A stretch of 64,000 nt of DNA, from IMG/VR virus record IMGVR_UViG_3300020194_001970. The stretch is one strand, 5' to 3'. Shown here one piece after another: positions 48,161-57,998 of this stretch. The notes below the pieces were generated by a model. That model did no database searches, was not told the origin of the DNA, and was given only the letters and a program-made list of their open reading frames with translations. The translations under genes and the position numbers were made by a program. Position 1 is the first letter of the stretch, and each line of letters opens with the position of its first letter. This DNA comes from an uncultured virus (IMG/VR IMGVR_UViG_3300020194_001970) (taxonomy: Duplodnaviria > Heunggongvirae > Uroviricota > Caudoviricetes).

Positions 48161-48960
48161 CTCTTATTTATATATGCACTGTAAGTTAAATTAGCAATCA
48201 TCACTGTATCAGAAGTTGAATTTAAGGATTGATTAGTAAGCTTAGCGTCCTTCAATGTAAATGTATTAATATTTAAATCGCTAATAGGGTTATTTAAACT
48301 TATACTTAGATCTTGGGATATTGGTTTAATTAAAGAAGATTTAAGCTGATTGATTTCATAATCAAAAATCTCAAGAGTAAACGAACATTCTTGAATAACT
48401 GGGAATTGTTGATGGACAGTTACTGGGAAAGGAGAGCCAATTGCATATACTGGAGTTCTATTCATTCGCATAGTATAAGAAAAATCAGAAACCCTATTAC
48501 TTTCAAAACCATCTACATTTATCTGTATAGAGCCTTGATTAGGTATTTGTATTTCTGGGACGGGTTCGTTGCCAAAATGATCGATGCCAGAACCAATATC
48601 CCCGTAAACTTGAAGTTGTGCGCTTGCTGTAGGTATTTGACCTATTCCGCAACTTAAAGAGTATTCGCTTAAATATGCATCTTCAAATCCAAATGTTTTG
48701 CCTTCGTAGTTAATGCTACCATTCATAGCTTTATCTCCTGTGTAAGACAATAAAATTTCATCTCCTATGTAGTATTTAGAGACTTGAAAATTTCCAACTA
48801 TTGCTCCTTGTTTTACGCCATATGTAAAACCTTTACCTAGGATATATATTGGGTCTTCACTGATTTCATAACCTCCATCTATACTAGTAACACCAAGAGC
48901 TTCAATGCCATCTATATAAAGCTTTTGTTCATAGTTGGATATAGAGCTTTTGTTAGCCAC
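48157..48960 (-). CDS. Tail tube-fold / distal tail protein with two internal homologous halves
   Basis: IDG...GV.S.....PIY.LG...FEDAYL versus VDG...RVS.....PVYAIG...LKDAKL; directly after the TMP. Confidence 0.5.
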   Translation of the reverse strand: MANKSSISNYEQKLYIDGIEALGVTSIDGGYEISEDPIYILGKGFTYGVKQGAIVGNFQVSKYYIGDEILLSYTGDKAMNGSINYEGKTFGFEDAYLSEYSLSCGIGQIPTASAQLQVYGDIGSGIDHFGNEPVPEIQIPNQGSIQINVDGFESNRVSDFSYTMRMNRTPVYAIGSPFPVTVHQQFPVIQECSFTLEIFDYEINQLKSSLIKPISQDLSISLNNPISDLNINTFTLKDAKLTNQSLNSTSDTVMIANLTYSAYINKR

Positions 48961-51900
48961 GCAACATACCTCCTACTCTTTTTTCTTGAGCAATTATACC
49001 GACTACAGCCTCTTTGATTTTACTTGCAAACTCTTTTTGATTTGAATTTCCACCATCAACTTGAGCTGAACCTTCCGACGAAACATTAATGTTGACAGTA
49101 ACATTGCTCGAAGAATTGGATGAATTATTTGTATCATTTGATATATTAGATATAGGGTCGCTGTTTGATTGAACCACTCCACCTTTATTCATTTTCATTG
49201 AATTTAATTTATTAAAGAATCCTGGGTATTTTTTTTCTACATTCTGAACGCTAGATGCTTTTATAACATATTCGCCTTTATCAAGCATTACAGGTCCAAC
49301 TTTATCTATGCCTCCTGGGCCTTTAACTTTACCTCCTCCGCTCATATATTGCATGGAATGAGAATTAACTGAGGAGTTATTGTAACTAACAGAACCACCA
49401 CGGTTAAAATAAGAGTATGGATTAACAGTCCAAGAGGAATTGTTGACAGATCCACCACGGTTAAAGTAAGAGTATGGATTGCTGTGTGATACAGAGCTAC
49501 TTACAGATCCACCACGGTTAAAGTAAGAATATGGGTTGCTGTGTGATACAGAACTGTTTACGGAGCCGCCACGGTTAAAATAAGAGTATGGATTGCTGTT
49601 AAGTACAGAACTATTGACGGATCCACCACGGTTAAAGTAAGAGTATGGATTGCTGTGTGATACAGAGCTACTTACAGATCCACCACGGTTAAAATAAGAG
49701 TATGGGTTGCTGTTAAGTACAGAACTATTGACGGATCCACCACGGTTAAAGTAAGAATATGGGTTGCTGTGTGATACAGAACTGTTTACGGAGCCGCCAC
49801 GGTTAAAGTAAGAGTATGGATTACTGTGTGATACAGAACTGTTGACGGATCCACCACGGTTAAAGTAAGAGTATGGATTACTGTTAAGTACAGAACTATT
49901 CACAGATCCACCACGGTTAAAATAAGAGTATGGATTGCTGTGTGATACAGAGCTACTCACAGATCCGCCACGGTTAAAGTAAGAGTATGGATTACTGTTA
50001 AGTACAGAACTATTCACAGATCCACCACGGTTAAAGTAAGAGTATGGATTACTGTGTGATACAGAGCTACTCACAGATCCGCCACGGTTAAAGTAAGAGT
50101 ATGGATTACTGTTAAGTACAGAACTATTCACAGATCCACCACGGTTAAAATAAGAGTATGGATTACTGTTAAGTACAGAACTATTCACAGATCCACCACG
50201 GTTAAAATGGCTTAAAGTCGAAGATACTACGCCCCCATTATTCATCTCATTGCTGTTGTAAATGTTATCATAAAGGTCTTGCATATTGGAGCTGAAATTT
50301 CTAGAGTAGGTCTTTGATTGATAATTTGCAAATTCTTGAGATGTAGTTGTAATTTTATTTTGACTACCGCCTCCAGATATAGCTCCAGAACCACTGATAT
50401 CTATAGTTTTACTGCCAACTTTTTGAGCAGTAGATGAACCTCCTTCTTTATTCATTGTTTTTGGAGGATTAACAAAACCCTTATGTTCCCAACCTTTGGG
50501 TAGATTTTTCATACTTGCTCGATATTCTTTGTTAGACATCCCGCCTTTCATTCCGTCTTTCATTATGTCAAGTTGTTTGCCTAAGCCTTTAGCAGCAATC
50601 ATACTTGTGAAACCGGTTGCCAGACTGTTGAGTTGATTCATTCTATTTAATACTTTTTGATTTTTTTGATCTATGTCATATTCGTATTTATCTAACAAAT
50701 ATTGGCCGTAATCTTTTCTGTACTGGTCGTTAGCTTTAAATCTGCCACTCATCATATTGCTTTGTGGGTCAATATCCAGAGCAGAGGAAACGTTTAATTT
50801 TTTGTATTGTTCGGGAGCTATCGGAGCATTGTCTTTGCTGTTTTTATTTGACTTGTCGCTGCCTAAATATTTACCTAGCATATAGCCACCGCCTTCAGCA
50901 ATATCCTGGTAGGCATCTTTAGCTTCATCGCTAGTAAAATGAGATTTAGTTGCTTGCCATTTTTCTTGGACCCAGGATTTTTTTTCTTGAACTCCACCAG
51001 TTGATCCATCTCTAAAATGTTGTAATAAACTAACTACTCCACCGTTAAACCTACTGATAGTTTGATCTAGTGAATGCATTTGATCTGGGCTCATTACGCC
51101 TTGATCTGTATATTGTGCAGAACCTGAATCAACCGTGTTATCTTTAGTGAATAAATGTTGACCTAAAAGTCCCCCACTTGACATTTGTGTAATTTGAGGC
51201 ATTTGAGATGCACCTTCAGTTTGTAAGTCAAAAAGATCTTCGTTTGGTTGATTGTATAAGTCATCTAGTGTTCCAGATTTATTTATATTATCAAAAGTAT
51301 TAATGCCTAGGCGATCAACAATTTTTTTCTTTACAACATACTCACCATTAGTTAACATTGCTGGGACTTTATTGGAGCCACCAACGGTTCCGCCAGAAGC
51401 ATAACCTTTAATTAAGCCGCCTGAATTCTTGAAATCAAAAAGCTCCATTATTCCTGTAGTAATTTGTTTTGTGGCTCTAGCAGTTAAGGCATCACCAACA
51501 GCTTTGGCTATGCCGCCAGCAAAACTTTTTATAGAGTCTCCCATAGACATTGTGCCTTCTGTAATATTTTTAAATAAATCTTGAAAACCAGTTTCAACGG
51601 CATCAAAAGTTGTATTGGCTAGAGTTTCGCCAAATCTCTCAAGTGCAAGGTTGTTTTCTTTTATTCTTTCTGTGATTGTATCTCTGAATAGAGCTTCTTT
51701 ACCAAGCTCTAGATTTATTTCTTTTTGTTTACGGGCAATTTCAAGGTCTTTTTCTGCAACTCTTACTCCGGCACCCCTTTGTTCGTAAGCAGACCTTTCG
51801 CCCTTAAGTTTTTGCATTTCACTTTGATCGGTACTCTTTTTCATGTCTACAGATCTTTGGCCTTCTTCGAAAAAGAAGTTGTCTGCAAGTTTGGCTTTTA

Positions 51901-54900
51901 ATTTTACTAGTGTTCTTGTGTAATCTCTTTCTGCTTCAGCCATTTCGTGCTTAGCATCTAGTAAGAACCTGCCATTATCTAAATTAGCGTTAAATTCTTC
52001 TTGAGCTCTTGCAGCAGCATTAACTGCCAATGTATAATCAGTGTCAGCTTTAATGGAAAAATATTTTTGATCTCTTTGTTGCTTTAGGAGCTCTGTGTCA
52101 TCTTCAGCAGTAAAACCCATAGTTTTTATTTCATTGGCAACTTTTTGCTCTATAATGCCTTTATATTCGCCGTACTTTTTTCTTAATTCTTCTTCGGCTG
52201 CTAAACGTTGACCAGTAATAAAAAGTGATTCATACTCTTTCATTACACTTGTGTGGGCAATCGATTTCTGTTCTTCTTGAAGTTCTAAAAGTCCTTGTCC
52301 GTCACGAGTATATATTTGTCTATTTTTTAAATTCTGGTACTCAATGTCAGATAGACCCTTACTAATTTTTAAATTTTCTGAAATAACGTCATTCAATTTG
52401 TTGGTTGGAGTATTTTTAATTCTATTTAATTCTTTCTTTACATACCCCAATGTTCCTAGTCGCATATTAATTTCGTCTTCTGATGCATCATTCTTTTTAT
52501 CTTCGATATTTTTTAATTGAGCGGATTTAGCCACACTTAACGCAGAGTTTGTGTTAATATTGTCGAGATTTTGTAATACATTAGCATTTTCATCAAAAAT
52601 TTCGCCTTGCAGGGATGCGATTGTCTCTGCGGCTTTGCCAGTAGAGGTTAGATGTTGTAACCATTGAGTTATTCTTATTTTAACTTCATCAAATTCTTTA
52701 GCGTCAAGTACTTGATTTGTGAAATTTTGATCGGCGTTTCCAGTGTTTTGTAATGTTTTAACTATTGATTGTTTTTGTTTCAAAAAGGCTTTGTCTTCTG
52801 CATCTATTTTCTCTTTACCAGTAAGACCTTTGCCTGTATCTGGGTCTATAGCAAACGTATCCGCTTTAAAAGCATTACTAGTTTTACCAGAAAATTTTGA
52901 GATTTCAGATCTCAACGCTTTGATTCGTTCGTTATTTATATTGGCAAGCTCATTGGCATACCTTTCGTCACTTGCTTTTCGTTTGGCTGCCATCTCCATT
53001 TCAACTTGATTGGATTTAGTAACAATGCCTGCTTTGATTTTGTATTGATTATCAAGGTCTTTTGTGTAGGAATCTAAACCTTGCTGAGCTGAAATTATAT
53101 CTAGTCTATTTTTTTCCGCCTGAAATTGTCGCTCGATGATTGTAGACATTTGAGCTCGAATGGCAGCCATTTTTCTAGACTGTTCGAGGTCTCCTTTTCT
53201 GGTTGCTACATCTTTTTCTAGTTCTGATTTGTATTTTTTAAGAAGACCGTATATTGCTTTAAGGTCTTCGCTACCTTCTTTTTGTAAACTAGGATCATCA
53301 CCTATTCCTTCTAGTATTTGTTGGATTTGAACAGCCGCCCCTTCCTGACCTGCATCTCCAGATTTAAGTGCAATTTCAACATTTTTCTTAATACCTTCAA
53401 GATATTTACTACCACTTAAATTTGGATTTATGTCTAGTATACCTTGGGCGGATTCATTCATGGAAACCGAACTGCCTAAGCTTCTAGCAGCTAGAATTCT
53501 AGCTGATTTCACAGAATTAGGGTCTCTTAAAATGGATGCATCAGTTCTATCAAAAACACCTGAATCTTCAAAAAGTCTTCCTGCCGCATCCAATGATTTC
53601 TGAAATTGTGGGAAACTGTTTTCCATATCAAAAACATTAGCATTTCCAGAAGCAATATCAATCATTAAATTTCCTAATGAAGCACTAACGGCTCCAGCAT
53701 CCAAAGTTTTGTCTAAAAAATCTCTTTTGCTTTCATCTCTTTGAAGCCCTTTACTGACTTGTATTCCGTTTAATTTCCTGGCGTAAAGAAGTTGAGCTTC
53801 TTGTAAAGCTTTCATGCCTTCAGTCGTACCTGATGTCATTAATTGCACTTCTTCGCCTGAAAGATTTAAATTCTTACTTAAACTGTTGGCAGATTTAGAC
53901 AATTCGGTATTTTGTTTGGCTAGCTTTGTTTCAAGCTCTAACTTTTTAAGCTGACCATCAAATGTATTTAGTGATGCAGAATTGTTGAGTTCTGTGATTT
54001 CGTTTCTTGTAGACTCAACATCTTGAGCTTGAGAAATTGCGGTAGTTAGAGAATCTAAACCTTTGGATGTTTTTGCTGCTGATTTATTTAACCTATCAAG
54101 AGAATTATCCAGCCAGTCAGTGTTTTCTTTTACCGCTTGAAAAACGGGTATTGCACCAGCAACAATTGCTCCAAGGGGCCCAATCGCGCCAAATACTTTC
54201 CCTAGTTTTCCTCCGCTTTGAGCTATTTCTTTGAAAGAGCTGCCAACTAAAACTGCTTGAGAAAGCCCTTGAGTGACACCAACTATACCCTTGACAGTTT
54301 TACTAGTTTCTTCTTCAAGGCTAGATAATTGCGATACAAATCCCTCAACAGCATAAGTTAATGATGTAAGAGCAAACAATTTACCCATTCCCATGTTATC
54401 ACTTTCTTTAAAATTGGGTATAAATCCAGAGCTGGCACCATGAGTTTTGGGATCGATGCCCATTCTTATTGCTCTATTTATTCCTTGTTTAATGCCACCA
54501 GGTTCATCTCTTGTATTTATAACGCCGAGACCCATGGGGTTTCCTCGAGAAACTAAACTTGAGTCCCTAGATATTCTAATTTGAGAACGAGGTATACCAG
54601 CCTTTTCTTCTCTATCTACAGCTTCTTCAAGTGGGTTGGCGAAATTAGGAATAAAACCAGAAGATTTACCTCCAAAAACATCTTTTTTATATATAAAAGG
54701 TATACCTTTGTGTGTTTTTCTAGCTATACCTTCATTGCCTGAGCGATTAACTTCAGTAAAAAATGAACTTAAATCAATAGGTTTACCTTTATAAGTTTCA
54801 CCAGTTACACCAGTTCCAAAATAATCATCGATATCATTTTGGTCTATTATACCTTCATTTAAAAACTTTTTAAATAGTTGAGCACTGGTGTGGCCGGGGC

Positions 54901-57900
54901 CAGAATGAGCGTCAATAAAATCATAACCTAGGGTTTTATTTGAAATATGTTTTTTCGATAAAGATGGGCTAATGTATTTTAAATGAGAAGCAGAAGCTCT
55001 AACTGGTCCGTAAAAATCAATCGGGGCATTATAGCTCGGTGTCCTATTAAAAATTTGACCAACAAAAGTTTCATAAGCTCTTCCATCTTTAATGTTTTTC
55101 TTCATTTGAGATTTAGATCTGAAATTAGGAATAAATCCAGAGCTTAAATTATATCCACTGACTTGAGAGCTTCCTCCTTCTTTCCATATTTTTTCAGCAC
55201 TTTTTAGAGCTAAATCTTTCTTGGTGTCTGATAGAGATTTAGCGAAAGGACTCATACCTTTACTTTCAAGGTAGTTTTCTAGATAGCGATCTGTTGTAAG
55301 CTTCAAGCTTTTAGCCATTATACTGTTAGCTTTGGCGTCATTAAATTTAGCTTCAATAGGAGTTCTTCCTGGAGCTACAAAATCAACATTAGCACTCGGG
55401 TCTCCAGACGTGGAAATGTAGCCTTTTTTTCCTAGATTTTTTTGCAAACCTTTTTCATAAATTGAGCCAGGAATTCTACTTCTATCTCCGCCAGAAAGAC
55501 CTCTTTGTTTTCTGCTGGCAGATCTTGCAACCTTGTTTAAGGGGTCTCCAGATTTTGTGAAATAAAAAGGTCGGGTTAAAGTGGTTATGCCTAAAGCTTC
55601 TAGAGCCATTAATTGAGATGATAGTTGTCTTGCTCCTTTATCTTTCTGTAGTTGTGAAACTTGAGATTTAATGTTATGCCAACCACCTTTAGCATATTTA
55701 TTGTCACTAGTTTGAACAAACATTTTAGCTTTAGGTAACCTAAGAACATTGCCGGAAGCCATAGCTTCTAAAGCAAAATTAGGAACAAATCCATCACTCA
55801 TAATTTTAAATTTTGAAGGATTCTTAGCTAAGTTTTGCAGTTGATTTCTATTGTAACCTTTATTTGATAAGTAATCAATTAATGGAGCTCCAAGATATTG
55901 TTGATTTGGATTTTGTTGAAACATCCTGAGTATCTCTTGGTCCCAGATATTTTTTGATTTTATGATTTGCGGTTGAGTGTTTTTATAGTTAAATTTAATG
56001 CCTTTATTTGCGGGGTCATTTAATGTGTCTTTTATTTTTTGTGCCCTACTTCTTGGGTCTATAAAGTTTGGAATAAATCCATCAAACATATAAGGATCAA
56101 AACCATGTTTATTTTCAAAGTCTGATTGGTATTTTTTTCCAGCTTTACTTTTAAAAGGGGGAACAATAGCTTCTTGCTTCATTCCGGGGAATTTTTTTAC
56201 TGATTCAGAACCATTATAAACAACTCTACCAACCCCATCAATATTCATGGATTTTACATTTCCCGGAACATATCCGGCTTTTAAGGCTGAATTTTTCTCT
56301 ACCATCTTTTCCGTTTGGGAGACAGAAAAGTTTGGTATGTATCCTTCTGCAGCAGTTTTCTTTGGCGGTAATGTTAAGTCAGGATTAACGCCTTTCCTAA
56401 CTAAACCTGGAGCTAGAGTTCCAGCAATTCTTTGTTGTTGTTGAAGATATCGAGTTTGCTGTTTGATTACTTCAAGCATTACTTGTTCTTGCTTTGTTTT
56501 ATCGTTGGCATATTTATTTAATTCAACAGCTAGCTGTTTATTTTGAGACATAGCCATAACAATACTTTCTTGTATAGCTTTTTCTTTATCTTTAGCGCTA
56601 ACAATTCCAAGAACATCCTTCAGAGAAGATTTTGCAAACTTTAGCGCATTAGTAAATAGTTTAGCGAAAACGCCAAAAACTAAAACCAGTCCTGGGCCAG
56701 TTAGAACACTCCCTATTCCACTAACAAGGCCTTTGGCAAAATCAGCACCAATTCCTTCACTATCCTTACCAAATAAATCATTCAGACCTCCAGCTAGAGA
56801 GTTAACAGCATCCAAAACTTTGGATATTCCTGGAGCCAAAGCTAAGTCTCCTAAATTTTTAGAAAGTTCTTGTATAGTTAAGGATGTTTGGGTAGCTAAA
56901 GAAGAAATTGTTTTTTGAAGTTGAGCATTCTTTTGTTGAGCTTGATCGGTTGCTTGTGAGGAAATTTGTGTTGCTTGCGCATACAAAGAATTCTCTCTAT
57001 TCAAATCTTTTAATGCCGCTTTTAAAACGTTGATCTGGAAAACGCCACCAACTTGTTCTGCTACCGCAGCTTTCGTAGCAGAACCAAGAGTATCGTAAGC
57101 TTTAGATAAACTTTGCAAGACAGATAAAGCTGGCAAAGTATTACCTCTAATATCTCTTACTGCAACACCAAGCTCTTCAAGCCTATCTAAAGTGCTGCTA
57201 CGTTGAATACGAGTAAATATAGTTTTAAAACTATTACCAATAACCGCACCACCTCTAGCAGTGATTTGTTGAGCGGATGTAACTGCACCAACTAATTGGT
57301 CAAAATTAACACCAGCATCTTGAGCAACAGCTCCTGCTCGAGCAAGAGCATCGATAAGGTCATCAGCACTAACGGCAAATTTAACATCGACTGCAGCCAA
57401 TTTGTTGATGATATTTGTAGTAGTCAACCCAGCATCAGCAAAACCATTTACCGCAGCAGTTAAACCTGAAACGGCATCAGCCGCTTTGATTCCAGTTAGT
57501 CGAGTTAAGATCAACGCATCATTAGTACGTTTTAAAGTTTCCTCCATACTTAAACCTTGACGTGAAAACTCCAATGCGGCTTCTGCTGCGACTTCCAAGC
57601 TTTGGGAGGTATTTCTGGCGACTTTAAATAAATCGTTACCAAATTTTTGTAGGTTAGTTAGGCTGGTATTTAAAACCACATTGATATCAGTTAATATTTT
57701 CTCAACTTTAATAGACTGAACCGTAAGCTCTTTGAAAGCAGTTACAACTGAACCAATGATAGCCGCTGAAGCTCCAAACGCTATAACACGAGCATTAGAA
57801 GCTTCTAAAGATTTAGTGAACTCATCCGCCTTCTGTGTAATTCTACCGAGTGGTTGAGTGTAATCAGAAGATCTTATTTTTACATTAAGACCTCTACGAT

Positions 57901-57970
57901 TAATTCTATTTACTACATCTTGAATTGACTCATCGAGTCCAACTTGCTGTGTTTTAATATTAAGCGCCAT
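48953..57970 (-). CDS. Tail tape measure protein (TP901-type core) with cargo cassettes and repeats
   Basis: N-terminal TP901-family core (EFSRQG, LTAAVNGF, IGNSFKTIFTR), hydrophobic segments, long helical region, two VP.ML..GEYV-type motifs, position upstream of the tail tip genes. Confidence 0.9.
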   Translation of the reverse strand: MALNIKTQQVGLDESIQDVVNRINRRGLNVKIRSSDYTQPLGRITQKADEFTKSLEASNARVIAFGASAAIIGSVVTAFKELTVQSIKVEKILTDINVVLNTSLTNLQKFGNDLFKVARNTSQSLEVAAEAALEFSRQGLSMEETLKRTNDALILTRLTGIKAADAVSGLTAAVNGFADAGLTTTNIINKLAAVDVKFAVSADDLIDALARAGAVAQDAGVNFDQLVGAVTSAQQITARGGAVIGNSFKTIFTRIQRSSTLDRLEELGVAVRDIRGNTLPALSVLQSLSKAYDTLGSATKAAVAEQVGGVFQINVLKAALKDLNRENSLYAQATQISSQATDQAQQKNAQLQKTISSLATQTSLTIQELSKNLGDLALAPGISKVLDAVNSLAGGLNDLFGKDSEGIGADFAKGLVSGIGSVLTGPGLVLVFGVFAKLFTNALKFAKSSLKDVLGIVSAKDKEKAIQESIVMAMSQNKQLAVELNKYANDKTKQEQVMLEVIKQQTRYLQQQQRIAGTLAPGLVRKGVNPDLTLPPKKTAAEGYIPNFSVSQTEKMVEKNSALKAGYVPGNVKSMNIDGVGRVVYNGSESVKKFPGMKQEAIVPPFKSKAGKKYQSDFENKHGFDPYMFDGFIPNFIDPRSRAQKIKDTLNDPANKGIKFNYKNTQPQIIKSKNIWDQEILRMFQQNPNQQYLGAPLIDYLSNKGYNRNQLQNLAKNPSKFKIMSDGFVPNFALEAMASGNVLRLPKAKMFVQTSDNKYAKGGWHNIKSQVSQLQKDKGARQLSSQLMALEALGITTLTRPFYFTKSGDPLNKVARSASRKQRGLSGGDRSRIPGSIYEKGLQKNLGKKGYISTSGDPSANVDFVAPGRTPIEAKFNDAKANSIMAKSLKLTTDRYLENYLESKGMSPFAKSLSDTKKDLALKSAEKIWKEGGSSQVSGYNLSSGFIPNFRSKSQMKKNIKDGRAYETFVGQIFNRTPSYNAPIDFYGPVRASASHLKYISPSLSKKHISNKTLGYDFIDAHSGPGHTSAQLFKKFLNEGIIDQNDIDDYFGTGVTGETYKGKPIDLSSFFTEVNRSGNEGIARKTHKGIPFIYKKDVFGGKSSGFIPNFANPLEEAVDREEKAGIPRSQIRISRDSSLVSRGNPMGLGVINTRDEPGGIKQGINRAIRMGIDPKTHGASSGFIPNFKESDNMGMGKLFALTSLTYAVEGFVSQLSSLEEETSKTVKGIVGVTQGLSQAVLVGSSFKEIAQSGGKLGKVFGAIGPLGAIVAGAIPVFQAVKENTDWLDNSLDRLNKSAAKTSKGLDSLTTAISQAQDVESTRNEITELNNSASLNTFDGQLKKLELETKLAKQNTELSKSANSLSKNLNLSGEEVQLMTSGTTEGMKALQEAQLLYARKLNGIQVSKGLQRDESKRDFLDKTLDAGAVSASLGNLMIDIASGNANVFDMENSFPQFQKSLDAAGRLFEDSGVFDRTDASILRDPNSVKSARILAARSLGSSVSMNESAQGILDINPNLSGSKYLEGIKKNVEIALKSGDAGQEGAAVQIQQILEGIGDDPSLQKEGSEDLKAIYGLLKKYKSELEKDVATRKGDLEQSRKMAAIRAQMSTIIERQFQAEKNRLDIISAQQGLDSYTKDLDNQYKIKAGIVTKSNQVEMEMAAKRKASDERYANELANINNERIKALRSEISKFSGKTSNAFKADTFAIDPDTGKGLTGKEKIDAEDKAFLKQKQSIVKTLQNTGNADQNFTNQVLDAKEFDEVKIRITQWLQHLTSTGKAAETIASLQGEIFDENANVLQNLDNINTNSALSVAKSAQLKNIEDKKNDASEDEINMRLGTLGYVKKELNRIKNTPTNKLNDVISENLKISKGLSDIEYQNLKNRQIYTRDGQGLLELQEEQKSIAHTSVMKEYESLFITGQRLAAEEELRKKYGEYKGIIEQKVANEIKTMGFTAEDDTELLKQQRDQKYFSIKADTDYTLAVNAAARAQEEFNANLDNGRFLLDAKHEMAEAERDYTRTLVKLKAKLADNFFFEEGQRSVDMKKSTDQSEMQKLKGERSAYEQRGAGVRVAEKDLEIARKQKEINLELGKEALFRDTITERIKENNLALERFGETLANTTFDAVETGFQDLFKNITEGTMSMGDSIKSFAGGIAKAVGDALTARATKQITTGIMELFDFKNSGGLIKGYASGGTVGGSNKVPAMLTNGEYVVKKKIVDRLGINTFDNINKSGTLDDLYNQPNEDLFDLQTEGASQMPQITQMSSGGLLGQHLFTKDNTVDSGSAQYTDQGVMSPDQMHSLDQTISRFNGGVVSLLQHFRDGSTGGVQEKKSWVQEKWQATKSHFTSDEAKDAYQDIAEGGGYMLGKYLGSDKSNKNSKDNAPIAPEQYKKLNVSSALDIDPQSNMMSGRFKANDQYRKDYGQYLLDKYEYDIDQKNQKVLNRMNQLNSLATGFTSMIAAKGLGKQLDIMKDGMKGGMSNKEYRASMKNLPKGWEHKGFVNPPKTMNKEGGSSTAQKVGSKTIDISGSGAISGGGSQNKITTTSQEFANYQSKTYSRNFSSNMQDLYDNIYNSNEMNNGGVVSSTLSHFNRGGSVNSSVLNSNPYSYFNRGGSVNSSVLNSNPYSYFNRGGSVSSSVSHSNPYSYFNRGGSVNSSVLNSNPYSYFNRGGSVSSSVSHSNPYSYFNRGGSVNSSVLNSNPYSYFNRGGSVNSSVSHSNPYSYFNRGGSVNSSVSHSNPYSYFNRGGSVNSSVLNSNPYSYFNRGGSVSSSVSHSNPYSYFNRGGSVNSSVLNSNPYSYFNRGGSVNSSVSHSNPYSYFNRGGSVSSSVSHSNPYSYFNRGGSVNNSSWTVNPYSYFNRGGSVSYNNSSVNSHSMQYMSGGGKVKGPGGIDKVGPVMLDKGEYVIKASSVQNVEKKYPGFFNKLNSMKMNKGGVVQSNSDPISNISNDTNNSSNSSSNVTVNINVSSEGSAQVDGGNSNQKEFASKIKEAVVGIIAQEKRVGGMLRG
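49386..50206 (-). repeat. 57-bp (19-aa) in-frame tandem repeat, 15 FNRGG cores
   Basis: ccacggttaaa recurs every 57 bp from 49398 to 50196; unit FNRGGSV(N/S)SSV(LN/SH)SNPYSY. Confidence 0.95.
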
Positions 57971-57997
57971 ACCTTATTCCTTTGGGAATAAGTACAC
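57968..57997 (-). promoter_or_regulatory. GTGTA motif overlapping a hairpin that sequesters the TMP ribosome-binding site
   Basis: Minus strand GTGTA-CTTATTCC-CAAA-GGAATAAG-GT-ATG; 8-bp perfect stem. Confidence 0.6.
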
Positions 57998-57998
57998 T

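Noticed and set aside
49386..50206. 57-bp periodic array as a CRISPR array
   Set aside because: The variable parts are recurring variants rather than unique spacers, the period is a multiple of 3 and in frame within the TMP, and no cas genes are present.
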